The notes under the pieces were generated by a model. The model was given only the letters and a program-made list of their open reading frames with translations. It was not told the DNA's origin and made no database searches. From Schizosaccharomyces osmophilus (lineage: Eukaryota): 64,000 nt of DNA. Below are positions 1 through 11,038 of the stretch, piece after piece; positions within the stretch are counted from its first letter, which is position 1, and each line of letters starts with the position of its first letter. The stretch is from positions 1,674,001 through 1,738,000 of the forward strand of contig NC_079239.1 of assembly GCF_027921745.1 (NCBI RefSeq), written 5' to 3'. The translations under genes were made by a program, and so were the position numbers.

Positions 1-1040
1 GGGTTCCTCAATACATCCATGAGCTTTTCCACGCAGTCCACGCGGCATGCTGTGACCTTATCATTGAGACGACCGCAAAAGGCGGCCCAAACCTTTGGAT
101 AGTCCGACCAAAGAGAGTGATTAGGAAGCATGAGTCGGACTGTTTGAATAGCGACACGCCGTACGCTAGTTTGCTCAGCTTGAAGTTCGTTCTCGAATTG
201 AGGAACAATATTGAGTAACGTTAAGGGCGCATATTCCCAGAGTTGAATTACGAGATTATGGGCGAAAATGAACTCTGGATTTGTTTTTTCGTCCGAAACG
301 GAATCTTTAGTATCAAAGACGATATCGGAAAAATATTGACAGACATATCGTTGCAGGCGATCAGAAGAATCGCGAAAAATATTTCTAGCCAGCTGAAAAG
401 CTGGTCCATGGTTTTGGGAGTCTGGAGAACCTATGTATTCCCTTACCCCGTGACCTGAAATTAACTGAGCAAAAAGAATGTTCATAGCGACCTGAGGTAC
501 ACTATTAATTTCGTTGATCAATTGGTGAATGATGTCGAGCATATAAAACTCTACGTTTTTGTTGGTGCCTTTTCTGGAGATGTCAAAAAAAAGACGAAAT
601 ATGGTAACCAGAAAGGACTCTGCATTCGGTAAGTCAACCATGAGTACCGCAGACTTCACGTTTGACAGACTCTCAAGTATACGATAAACTTGTAAGTAGT
701 ATGTAGATTCAGAATTTTCGAGTCCACTCAAAAGCTTCAGTATTACTTGGAATATCTCTTCCAATTGAGATAATGTATATGGAGCATCGGGGGCACATAG
801 TCGAAGAAGTTCCACGATACAACAACCAACAAAAGAACGAATACCTTTATCTCTATGGTGTAGGAGGTTCTGGTTGACTAACGATGAGGCTACTGGCAAT
901 AAAGAATCGCGATCTGTAGTTTCCTGTTCCATATCCGACAATTCATCCAGTAAACTCCTCAATCTTTTAACCAATTCAGTAGTAGGAATCGGTTTATCAT
1001 GACTTGGAACAATTACTTGCTTAAATTTCAGTTTCGACAT
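1..1040 (-). CDS. pds5: Cohesin regulator Pds5, 5' part only (runs off the window start)
   Basis: Manual translation from ATG at 1040: MSKLKFKQVIVPSHDKPIPTTELVKRL...LLHHRDKGIRSFVGCCIVELLRLCAPDAPYT. This is the typical Pds5 N-terminal HEAT region. It is absent from the ORF track, presumably because no stop falls inside the window. Confidence 0.93.
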   Translation of the reverse strand, partial: MSKLKFKQVIVPSHDKPIPTTELVKRLRSLLDELSDMEQETTDRDSLLPVASSLVNQNLLHHRDKGIRSFVGCCIVELLRLCAPDAPYTLSQLEEIFQVILKLLSGLENSESTYYLQVYRILESLSNVKSAVLMVDLPNAESFLVTIFRLFFDISRKGTNKNVEFYMLDIIHQLINEINSVPQVAMNILFAQLISGHGVREYIGSPDSQNHGPAFQLARNIFRDSSDRLQRYVCQYFSDIVFDTKDSVSDEKTNPEFIFAHNLVIQLWEYAPLTLLNIVPQFENELQAEQTSVRRVAIQTVRLMLPNHSLWSDYPKVWAAFCGRLNDKVTACRVDCVEKLMDVLRN

Positions 1041-1198
1041 TGCGATCATTGAAAATACTATCGATAGATAAAACGAATGTCCGTAAAGGTTTAGTATATC
1101 AAAGCATTTGTAAATAAAATAAATACAACTATATTAACTTCTGGGTGTTCAATGTTCCAGAAAGTTTGACAAATTAGAAAAAAAAGTACTGTGTTTGT

Positions 1199-1212
1199 GC
1201 GACGCGTCGCGT
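1199..1212. promoter_or_regulatory. MCB (MBF/Cdc10) element upstream of pds5
   Basis: GCGACGCGTCGCGT contains ACGCGT (1202-1207). Positions 1202-1211 read CGCGACGCGT on the minus strand (MCB2-type). It lies about 160 bp upstream of the pds5 ATG. Confidence 0.7.
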
Positions 1213-1713
1213 TCTGAACAACTTTTCAGTAAATCGTCACCCGCAGTGCAGTCTCTTTGTACATGTGAAGTAACGAAGTAAACAAAGAGTCTTGCACCAA
1301 AAGGAAAGGAAGAAGTAGGCCTTTCTTGCTTTCAAACAAAAGTTACTCATAATAAAGTGTACCCATTATAACCATTAAAAAGTTCGAAAAAAAAAAATTC
1401 CATTTAGGTGAAACATGCAAGTCGCACTACAAGATTATACAAACTTTGCTCATAAAAAAACTTTTGGTTGTATTGAAGTAATAATTTATTTGTTCAAACT
1501 AAAGTCCGGTCGCCGATTAATTAATTAAATAAAGATAAAAATGCAGCAATTAAACGGATTGAATAGGAAAAGGACAGAACGTTTTAGTTCTAAAATAAAT
1601 AAAGTATGTTTTGTTTTAGAAAAGAAATAAGAAGAATAGAAATGCACCATAAATGATTGCCTTTTTATGTACAGGATAAACAAAGAACTTTCGAGTTCAT
1701 AAGGGACACAATA

Positions 1714-4662
1714 TTATGCAAAAGTATAATGTCTTTTATGTCCCTTCTCAAACCGATGAAGGTTCTTCAAAGTTGAAGCGTCAGATGTACTTACGAGTGG
1801 GGTTATTGTCTCCAAAATTAAACCAGAATCTTTGCCTCTTCTTTTAAGCGAAAGATAATTTTTGAGAAAGGAAAAATCCTTTCCTAAATAGTTTTTCTTG
1901 GGCTTACATAACAAGTTTTTTAACGAATTGGTAGCCTCACTTCTGCGCCTTGTTTCACAACTTGTCGTTACCAAAGATGTAACTTTCATTTCAATGGGCG
2001 GTAAAGGTGTTTTCCGATGGTTGTAGTCGACTGTGGCCGTACTTAAGTGTCTTTGATGTCCTCTAATTTTTGAATTGGCCTTGAATAAAGTCTCGTCATC
2101 AAACCTCTTTGGAAATTGATTGGGTTTGCGAAGCAGAGAAACCAATCGGTTTTTGCTGTTGTCTTTTGGATATAACATTACCGAAGCGTGAGCACCATCA
2201 TTAACTAATGCCGAAGTCTTTGTTGGTTGCTTCAACTCAAGGCTGCCATGTATAGCGGTTTTTTTCTGTACATTAGAATCACGTGATGGGATATCTACTG
2301 AAGAGAAAGTGCTAACGGTTGAGCTTGAAGACACACTAATTTCTGATTTTTGCGAAAGAAAACCACCAACAGGGTACTTTAAAGTACCAAAGTCATTGTA
2401 AAGCTCAAATAGTTGCCTATGAGCTCGCAAGTAAGGATGTCTCATGATTCCTGACATTTGAAGTCTTCGTGTAGGATCAGGCACCAAAATCTTACGGAGT
2501 AGTTCTCGGGGTTTTTCGTTGATATACTCAGGAAATATAAGGGAGGTACTACATATATACCGATAGAGCCGTACAACATTTTCCCCATTCGGATTATGAG
2601 GATCATCGTCAAAAGGTAGATAACCAGCAAGCATAGCGTATAATATAACACCGCAACTCCATATATCTGCTTGGGTACCTGCATATGATCCACTTTTGCA
2701 GTTAACCAATTCGGGTGCTGCATAGCAAGGCGATCCACAAGAGGTTCTAAATAAATCCGGTTTAGCAATACTGACTTGATTTTTTTGAGAACCAAAACGA
2801 CCAAACGTTGTTGCAAATCCAAAATCGGCAATTATAATATTTTTTTTCGAATCAAGCAAAATATTCTCTAACTTCAAATCTCGATGAACAACTCCTTTTG
2901 AGTGCAAGTATCCAACACCACTAATGAGTTGTGCAAATAGCTTACAAGCCGTTTCATCCTCAAGACGTCGTGAAGCTAATATATAATCAAACAATTCGCC
3001 TCCACTTACATAATCCAAGACGATGCCCATATGGTGCTTTGTTTTAATAAGATCTATATACTTCACAATGTTGGGATGATCATCAACTTCTCTTAAAATC
3101 GTCGCTTCGCGAATAACCTTTCGTAACAAACGCCCTCCTTTGATTACACGAATTATTTTGATAACTACTTGAGGTGTTGGATGCTTTTTAGATGGAGAGG
3201 ATCCTGGTAAAGGCCATCCTAATTTAACTTTTCCGAATTCACCTCTCCCAATAGTCCTCCCCAGAATGAAAGGACCAAAACAATTGTTTTTTGATGACTT
3301 TTTTAGTGTCCGAGCTAAAATCTCAGAACTATCCATGTGCAATTCTGAAAGAGAAAACCGATCATTACTCGCTAATGCACAATTAGCAAAAGCAGGACTA
3401 GCTTTATGCTGCCATAAAAAATCTAGACGTTCCTTATGTTCAGGAAAGTGAGCGATGTATTGTTCGTTTTTCTTTTTTATGACCTGAATATTGATGGTAT
3501 TTTTCACATAGGCTTTTGCTCCAGGAATTCGAGAACGAGTGGGCGAATGCAGTGAAGAAATATTGGTCACTGTCTCTTTCGGGCTGCCATGCAAGTCACC
3601 GACAGCGAATGAGTTATTGGTAAATAATGGAGGGCGCTCTTTCTTCTCCAAGCTTTTGTATGGTTCAGCGGCTTTTTCTTCTACTACTTCAGAAGTTTGT
3701 TCAACAATTTCTTGTGCCGCAATCACTTGACTAGAAGATTTCAAATATTTGGATTGATGTATCTGTGCGGAAAGTAATGACTTATTCGACAGATTCAGAC
3801 CAGCAAAACTGTCCAATTCAGCTGAAGTATTAAAATGAAACGAATCATCAGCTTTTGTTGAAGAAGAACGTATAATACCACTATTTTCTTGTGCATTGTT
3901 TTGCGTTTCAAAAGAATGGTTTCTAGAAATAGGTTTGGCAAATTCATCCTGACAGAAAATTCTATTAGCGACAGAAGACGGTTGTAAAACTTTATCCTGA
4001 GAGGAAGGCTTCTGAGGTGAATGAATGTTTTTGGAGCTCACCCTAAAATCAGAAACAGGCGAATCTAAATTAAACAGAGGATTAACGAGGGGTTTTCCTA
4101 TTCTTCGGTCACCATAAGCTTTATTAGGCACTTTTGGCAAATTATTCTGAGTTGGAAAAGACGATCCTCGGGGATTGTCTTTGAAAAAAGGAAACGAACA
4201 AGTTGAATGCACAGGTAGAGTATGGGAGGCCAAGTGGTCCGGTGGAGATGTAAGTCTTAATAAATCATATAGGGATTCGTCTTTTGTTTCCCATTTTTGG
4301 AAAGAGATATCATTTTCAGGAGAAGAGGCGGTCTGTGGTTGCAAGGAAGTAAAGGAGTTTGAAGAAAAGTGCCTTTTTGATGGCTCCGGAGTTTGAAAAG
4401 AATGTATAAAAGTTTTATGGCTGTATGAATGAATTTGCGGAAAGGAGTCATGATGAATCCTTTGGTGTAAATCAGAATCCACTGATGCATCATTAGGTAG
4501 GGAAGGAGGATGCTGAAAGGTTGATCTCGATAAACTGGAAAGTGAAGAGTCCGGAAGAGCGCGAATGGTGCTTTCCACCACACTGCAATTTTTCAAATGG
4601 GAATTAAACGAAGGGTACCCTTGAGAAATAGGGATTGAACGACCAACCGATGAAGAGTGCAT
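1714..4662 (-). CDS. ppk1: Ser/Thr protein kinase Ppk1 (Kin4/Frk1-like, CAMK group)
   Basis: Kinase motifs GRGEFGKVKLG, HRDLKLEN, DFG and TSCGSPCYAAPE, plus GYLPFDDDPHNPNGENV typical of Kin4-like kinases. Long S-rich N-terminus. First ATG at 4662 (the ORF track starts at TTG 4680). Adjacent to pds5, as in S. pombe. Confidence 0.88.
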   Translation of the reverse strand: MHSSSVGRSIPISQGYPSFNSHLKNCSVVESTIRALPDSSLSSLSRSTFQHPPSLPNDASVDSDLHQRIHHDSFPQIHSYSHKTFIHSFQTPEPSKRHFSSNSFTSLQPQTASSPENDISFQKWETKDESLYDLLRLTSPPDHLASHTLPVHSTCSFPFFKDNPRGSSFPTQNNLPKVPNKAYGDRRIGKPLVNPLFNLDSPVSDFRVSSKNIHSPQKPSSQDKVLQPSSVANRIFCQDEFAKPISRNHSFETQNNAQENSGIIRSSSTKADDSFHFNTSAELDSFAGLNLSNKSLLSAQIHQSKYLKSSSQVIAAQEIVEQTSEVVEEKAAEPYKSLEKKERPPLFTNNSFAVGDLHGSPKETVTNISSLHSPTRSRIPGAKAYVKNTINIQVIKKKNEQYIAHFPEHKERLDFLWQHKASPAFANCALASNDRFSLSELHMDSSEILARTLKKSSKNNCFGPFILGRTIGRGEFGKVKLGWPLPGSSPSKKHPTPQVVIKIIRVIKGGRLLRKVIREATILREVDDHPNIVKYIDLIKTKHHMGIVLDYVSGGELFDYILASRRLEDETACKLFAQLISGVGYLHSKGVVHRDLKLENILLDSKKNIIIADFGFATTFGRFGSQKNQVSIAKPDLFRTSCGSPCYAAPELVNCKSGSYAGTQADIWSCGVILYAMLAGYLPFDDDPHNPNGENVVRLYRYICSTSLIFPEYINEKPRELLRKILVPDPTRRLQMSGIMRHPYLRAHRQLFELYNDFGTLKYPVGGFLSQKSEISVSSSSTVSTFSSVDIPSRDSNVQKKTAIHGSLELKQPTKTSALVNDGAHASVMLYPKDNSKNRLVSLLRKPNQFPKRFDDETLFKANSKIRGHQRHLSTATVDYNHRKTPLPPIEMKVTSLVTTSCETRRRSEATNSLKNLLCKPKKNYLGKDFSFLKNYLSLKRRGKDSGLILETITPLVSTSDASTLKNLHRFEKGHKRHYTFA

Positions 4663-5987
4663 TTTTTTAGTAATGTACAAATCATGTATAAAACAAAGAA
4701 AATATTAAGAAAAGAAAGATTAAACCCCACAAAGACTGGAAAGGCCTAATAGGACAGAAAAAAATTATCAATATGCCGTAAGGCTGTTTGGAATATTAGT
4801 GTGGGACGAATTACCTCAATTATTTTTTTAAGAAGAAATCCGGTCCGAATTAGAATTAGCAAAGAAAATTATTGGGATAATAGAAAACACGAATGAAACA
4901 GGAACATAAAATTAGGAGGAACAGAAGAATATCGCAAATGATAACGAAGAAACTGGTGCAAAACCACGTCTGTTATGACAAGTCTGGTTTATATATTGAC
5001 CAAAGATAGTTAACAAATTAAAACGAAAATTTTTGATTTGGAAAGAGTGAGTATATGGCAGGCGTAGGCATTGGCAAAAAGGAATTGATAGCAAAAGGCT
5101 GGTCAGAAAACGGAGCCTTTGAGCGATAGCAAAATTGCAGAGTTAATAAGAATCTGGTTGAAGAAAAAAACTTTTAAAAAGAACAATGTGTCTTCTAGAG
5201 GATTCTGAAAGTCACTGATCACGAAAATATAAGATCGAAGAATTCCTTTTAATTTGGCACTTTTATGAAAGATAAACGATTTGAAAAGAGGAATTTTCGA
5301 CTTTATCACTAATAACGTCCTTTTTTTGTTAAAGAAAACAACGAAAAAAAAAAAGTTAGTGATTTTACCAATATAAATAGCAGTGACAGGAAACTACAAA
5401 GAAAAGTTTAACACAATGAAAATTTGAAAGAGAGAAGTGAGGAAACGTACTCTATCGGAAAACGATGTTCTGCCAAAAAGAGGACAATTAGGCGACTTGC
5501 GATACAGGCAAATATTTCGCTACAAATATTCTCCTATAGCTAACCGAAAGCAATTCCACAAATTTACTCTCGGTAATGGTTCTTTGTTAGTTATCTGCTT
5601 TGAATCGAATTTGAGTTAGCAGAAAGAAGTGAAACAGATTGCAATGCTTTTGGGAAGAGATTCACAGAAACAGTCTGAGTATGGTACAAAAACGAAATTC
5701 TTTTTAGTCAACGGTTCAAAATGAGAAGAATTTTGTAAAGATTAGCAACTTTAACGAATTGAAGTTTGATTGACAAAATATTTAACCTATCAAGAAGCAC
5801 GAAACAAAGAAAGACCCGTTTTTTACTTTTTTATTTTGATGTTTTCAAGTTTCTTTTTATTTTAGTCTTTATGCAATTCCAAAATTAATATGCTGTCACC
5901 ATCTAAAAAGCGGTGTTTTGGAAATGACACATATGTAATGTCGGGAAACTTGATATATAGTTTTGACGATGCGATGCATATATCGTT

Positions 5988-6251
5988 CTATAAGGCCAAT
6001 TCTTGAGCTTTCGAGGTGAATAAACATATTAAATCAATTCGTTTTTTATTTTCTATATATCCGTTATTGTGTAAAAGGGATTGGATGAAACTTTTGAAAT
6101 TACCAACTTGCTCAATTTTCGGAGTATCTGCAAGCACCAAATTTTCGCTCGTTTCTTGCTGTTTTAAAGAGTTTAAGTATTCTGTAACTAAATATTGACA
6201 AGATATGCTTACAAGTTCTTTTTTGTTGCAGACTGGTAAACATTTCGGCAT
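5988..6251 (-). CDS. Small hypothetical protein (87 aa, or 117 aa with an upstream exon 6371-6282)
   Basis: ATG-initiated ORF with ordinary composition. An in-frame upstream segment is separated by a 30-nt GT..TAG stretch. No family recognised. Confidence 0.3.
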   Translation of the reverse strand: MPKCLPVCNKKELVSISCQYLVTEYLNSLKQQETSENLVLADTPKIEQVGNFKSFIQSLLHNNGYIENKKRIDLICLFTSKAQELAL

Positions 6252-6537
6252 CTAATAATATTGGACTTCATCCAATGGTACCGTTTCCACTAGCAAATGT
6301 TTACAGATTATGCTTTTAATTTTTAAAAGAAAAAGGAAAATATAAGAGAACCTCCTCTTCTCATCTTGCATTGGGTTTTGGATTACGATGAATAAAATTC
6401 CTGGAACGTGCAACGATTAAGAGTAACAACTTGAATTCAAGTAATTTAGATACTCTGTTTTGAATACAAGATTCATGCTTTATACTTTATACTGAAATGA
6501 GTGCTTTCCTTTACCTTTTTTTACAGCGACGGTTAAT

Positions 6538-6759
6538 ATGACTCTACTAGATCCAACTTGGGTATTCGGTGAGTATATAGTTTTAATAACTGAATTAGTC
6601 CAACTCTTTTATTCTGTAATTGATCAACTCCTTCACAACAACCTTCGTTATTTTGCAGGGAACGTAATCGGCTTCAAGAGCCTTGGTTTTTGTTTATTTG
6701 TAGCATTCTTTGTAACGATCTCATCATTTTGTAATATTTATAAATTGTATTATCATTGA
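6538..6759 (+). CDS. Small hypothetical membrane protein (63-73 aa)
   Basis: ATG ORF with a hydrophobic C-terminal segment (LGFCLFVAFFVTISSF). GTGAGT donor at 6569 and TAG acceptor at 6598 define an in-frame 30-nt intron candidate. Confidence 0.3.
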   Translation: MTLLDPTWVFGEYIVLITELVQLFYSVIDQLLHNNLRYFAGNVIGFKSLGFCLFVAFFVTISSFCNIYKLYYH

Positions 6760-6863
6760 TTGTGTATACATATAATTCATATACTTTTGGTTGTTATACA
6801 TTGATTCAATACTATCCGTTTTCATAACACTATCCTACCCGTCTACCATTATCGTTTTCAGCC

Positions 6864-7073
6864 ATGAGTCTGACAGTTGCAAGTCTTTTACAGACGATTT
6901 CAAATTTGGCCTTTGCTATACTTATATTCTTTGCGTTTTTTCTGGCTCTGCCTACGCTCAGTGCAATTGTTTTGGATATTACAGTCTGCAGCTTCCTCGC
7001 GGTTCGAAGATTTTTGCAATTGGGACTTCAGGTGATCCCATTCACCAGAAAGCAACACAAAAAAACCTCTTGA
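6864..7073 (+). CDS. Small membrane microprotein (69 aa)
   Basis: ATG in good context (GCCATGA). Long hydrophobic stretch LAFAILIFFAFFLALPTLSAIVLDITVCSFLAV followed by a basic tail (RKQHKK). Confidence 0.55.
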   Translation: MSLTVASLLQTISNLAFAILIFFAFFLALPTLSAIVLDITVCSFLAVRRFLQLGLQVIPFTRKQHKKTS

Positions 7074-7418
7074 TGTTTTTATTCGACGGTTTACAGCCTC
7101 CTGACTTGTGTTTGAACGTATCATTTAATTGTTTCCTTTTTGTTTATTCTTATGACTACACAGTTTCAACAGAAATCTGCTAATTTCTTCAAATTCTTTA
7201 ATTAATCATACTGACGTGGATGTATTAATTAGTACCTTACTAGTCTACGGCAAGCAAAGATTCATTCTATCAAATTCACATTATGCTATGGAAGGGAAGA
7301 ATTGAATTTAATCAAATACAAAATATAAATATATATCCATTGATCTATTGGGCAACAGCGAACTTCTGTTTTAAATGACTTGTTAAATATGGTTGAGAAA
7401 TATTAGAGATGAATAAAT

Positions 7419-8303
7419 CTAAACACCATGGAATTGCTGCTTAATCCATTCTTCTCCAATTGTTCTTTCGTAGTGCTTTTGAAGGGTATTTCTTCGGGAT
7501 GCTAATTTGTTTTCTCGTTCATTCAGTATATCTAACCCCATTTTCTGCGGTTGATGGTGAAGTGTATCCTCATGTATCTCACCTAAGGATTCAAATTGTT
7601 GTTTTCTTTCTTTCTCATCTAGCGAAAATTGGAAAAACCCTATGCCTTTTGTACGAATTTCTTTGGAGGCGTCGTAATGTACAGCTTGTTGCTCGTCTTG
7701 GCGGTGCAAATCCTCAATGCGCTGCTCATCAACCTCGTACTCTGGCATATATTCACCACGAATGACATTTTCCGGCTTGTAATCCTCTTTCGAAGGGAGA
7801 AGCGTTTGTCCCGCTTCATAAATGGACACTTGTCTAGTTCGCCCAAATTCATCCGTAACCTCAATAAACTCATTCTCCCGACTTTCTTCGGCCCACTTTT
7901 TCGTAAAATCAACCAGCGTCTCTTCACCCTCAGTAATTTGACTGTTGTCTTGTAAAAGCTGGTTATATTTTTGAGCTTTATGCTCCAAACCCAATTTACT
8001 TCTCCTCAAATCCTCTTCATTTTCATCATTATTCTTTAAATAAAGTCGTCGTTTCTGTTCATTATTTGGCTTCTTTCGGGGAGCTTCTTCCTCACCTTGC
8101 CTTTTGGTCCTCGGATGACTCGAGCTTGCTTCGTCCTTTTTTATTCGAGCAGCCCGTTTGTTTGTCGTTCCATAATCTATCCTATTGTTAACCCTTTGCC
8201 TCCTCTCCTCTTCGAATCTAGCTTTTTCCTCTGCTAATTCACTGAGAAAAGTCAAGTTGCTTGTCGCGTCTGTGTGGATTGCTTGCTTGTTGCGTTGGTC
8301 CAT
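7419..8303 (-). CDS. ctr1: CCDC174-family nuclear RNA-surveillance/splicing-associated protein Ctr1
   Basis: Motifs LEHKAQKY, LVDFTKK, IEVTDEFGRTR and HYDASKEIRTKGIGFFQFSLDEKERKQQ characteristic of the CCDC174 family. Position next to arb1 matches remembered S. pombe order. Confidence 0.8.
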   Translation of the reverse strand: MDQRNKQAIHTDATSNLTFLSELAEEKARFEEERRQRVNNRIDYGTTNKRAARIKKDEASSSHPRTKRQGEEEAPRKKPNNEQKRRLYLKNNDENEEDLRRSKLGLEHKAQKYNQLLQDNSQITEGEETLVDFTKKWAEESRENEFIEVTDEFGRTRQVSIYEAGQTLLPSKEDYKPENVIRGEYMPEYEVDEQRIEDLHRQDEQQAVHYDASKEIRTKGIGFFQFSLDEKERKQQFESLGEIHEDTLHHQPQKMGLDILNERENKLASRRNTLQKHYERTIGEEWIKQQFHGV

Positions 8304-8912
8304 CTATTTAACTAACAAGTGCGAATTCTCTCCAACGGGAATATTTAGTTTGATGTATGGTAACTCTGGTACAAAATTGAATACTAATTAGTATGATCTC
8401 GATTTAGCGTAAGCTTAAGACAAGGGGCCTGCTATTTTTTTATTTCTAGTAAGAATAAAGCAAATACTTTTGTAATATTTCCATTCCTATATACAGCTAT
8501 CGTCTGTAGGTCACGGTATTCGTTTCACTTCTAACTAGATGGTGGTGACATAGGGACTAGGATCAATCGATGAGTTCTGTTTGGCTTGTGGCTTGAGTAT
8601 ATAATTTATAACAAGCTGTTTAGAAATAAAAATAATGTTTCTACCATGATTCTTTTGCTACGGGCGGAAGTCGGCTCTATGAGACAGCGAACCTTTGCAA
8701 AACCATTTTTATGTTCTATTATTTTACGGAATTGATCTTTGAGTCTATTTTAGTTTGTTATGGTTCGTTTTGATGATTTGAGCTACGAAAGAAGCTTCAT
8801 AGACCGTAGTTATGTTAGTATGTTAATATGTTCAGTTTTTTGTTTTTTGTATTCAAAACCGTGCCTAATGGCAATGTTTATATAGTTTCATTTATTCAAA
8901 AGATGATCCCTA

Positions 8913-10329
8913 TTATTCTTCAAGTTCTTCATAAAATGTAGGTAAAACCGCTAAAACCGTATCCATGATCGTTATGCCGTTAGTTAGGAAGGTAAACGAT
9001 GCTTCCAGGTGTGTTTTCAGAACCATTAGTTCCATTAGCTCTGGTTCAATGAGAATGTTTACTTCTGTCTTCTCGGTTTGTTGGGGATAACTTGTTCCGG
9101 GAGGATCCCAAACTAAGAACCTGGCTTTGCATAAGGGATTGTTTTGGTAATCATGGATGAATTCCTTGGAAACCAATTCTACCATTAAGTATTCTTGATC
9201 CAGAGTTTCCGCTTTGAGTGCATTGGATCCTAAAACTCTTTGTATGTATGACCTTGCTTGCTCCGTAGAAAAGCGAGTATGGGCGTCAGGTTGAAACTCC
9301 TTTAACTCAAATAGAGGATAACTTTGGTTTCTGGTGAAATTTTTCTCATATCTTCCTTCTTCTGTGGTTAATGGTGGAGTAAAATGATCATAAGCGTCAA
9401 TATTGTCCCATAATCCTTTATAATTATCAACAAAAAAATGAGACAAAGCCCTTTGTAGAAGTCCTGGAAGAGAAACGGAAAGCCTCTTATCATCGATTAG
9501 CTCCTTTTCAGCCTGAATTGCCAAATCTAACGCTGCTTGAACATTGCCTTCATGTTCAGCTACTACCTTGTGGTGAAGAACACTGTTTAGAAAGTTTTGT
9601 ACTAATTGAGAAGCCATCTTTAGATCATGTTCTTCTGTAACACCAGCTCTGTAAAGAAGATGGGAAGATCTAATGTTTCAGTTAATATTGCAATGCGCCA
9701 TTCGCCATAGAGAGTACATACAGAAAAACTGCTACTACCCAAACAAAATCCACTTCATAGTCATTCAATACATCGTGTTGAATGTAGTCTATGGCTGTTT
9801 GATTTGCAGTAGCTTGAGCATCATCGCTTTCATTCAAATCAAGACCTCCAGTGAATTGCTTTTGGCCAGTCGAGATACCTCCCACAGCAAGATACATTGT
9901 GAAAAGTCGCACTCGAGTTGCGTCATTCCATTTGCGTTTTCTTCTATACTTTTGGACGAACTGTTCCATTCGTCTAAGCACAGTTAGTCAATGCATTTAT
10001 TGAATCATATCACGAACACAATCAAAGGAACCTCCCTGTAGTAGTCGTTAGCTTGAAATTACATGGTAACAATATCAAACATACAGATTATAAAGCTTTT
10101 GGATTTCAGCTTTCTCCTCTACACTAATTTCTGGCTCCTGAAAATCCTCCTCCCAACCAGTCGGTTTCTGACAGTTTAGTTACCGATCTATATTCATTTC
10201 CAAATTTCATATTACATTTGCTTGCGTCTTGTCATTTCCTGATTTTTTTGATGACCCGTTTGCATTGCTGCTTTCCGGAATAGGATTAAGAGGTTTTATA
10301 TGTTCCTCTTGTTCCACTAATTCATTCAT
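8913..10329 (-). CDS. arb1: Argonaute chaperone (ARC complex) subunit Arb1, 5 exons
   Basis: Manually spliced from ATG 10329: exon 1 10329-10216, exon 2 from 10167 (KPTGWEEDFQEP), an 18-nt microexon 10035-10018, an exon from 9973 (RMEQFVQKYRRKRK...YLAVGG...FTGG) and a last exon ending at 8913 (NFLNSVLHH, MDTVLAVLPTFY). Canonical splice signals. Confidence 0.88.
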
Positions 10330-11038
10330 TGCTTTGACTCTGTCAATCCTGCAGTTTCAAACGGTTTAGCTGTGTTTCTTTTTTTCAGGTTTTCTTTTAC
10401 TGATAACGTCATGATCCTCCTAGACTCTTTCCGATGGCTCATCAACTACAATAGCATAGGGAAGGAAGCAAGAACTATTTTACTACGGCTCTACACGATT
10501 TGGATGTATTGGTAGGAAGCTGAACGGCAGAGGTCTTAGTACGCTTTAGTTACTTCTATGATATGGAATTGTTGTTCAAGGTTATTCAACTATTATATTC
10601 ATATAAGATTCATGGAGTCCTAGGCCCAGAATACCATTCAAGTAACCCAATCCATAAACCGTTGAAGTAAATCAGCTATGAAAGCATATAAATTAAATTA
10701 GAAATACCATATATGTATTAAAACGACATAGCTTTCAATTCTTTCTTGACTGAATTGGAATACCCTTCTCATTTCTCCATATAATATGGCATACATGAAA
10801 TCCAACCGTCTAAGATATTCCCTCATACTTCCCAAAAAAATTTTGTAGATACTAATATTAAAAAGTACTTTTATTCAATAACCATGAACCCAAATATATG
10901 TCTCACCAAAACCGACATAAACCAAAAATAATCCCACATTTGATAAAACCCAATTTGACAAGTTTTACATTCGAAACTTTGGACCTAAATATGCTGTATT
11001 TTGAACAGAAAATTTTTCGTTTTTTCTTAAACAGCAGT

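Noticed and set aside
1678..5811. TR-box-like AAACAAAGAA copies at 1678, 4691 and 5802
   Set aside because: The same word also occurs inside coding DNA (15181) and is likely by chance in AT-rich sequence.
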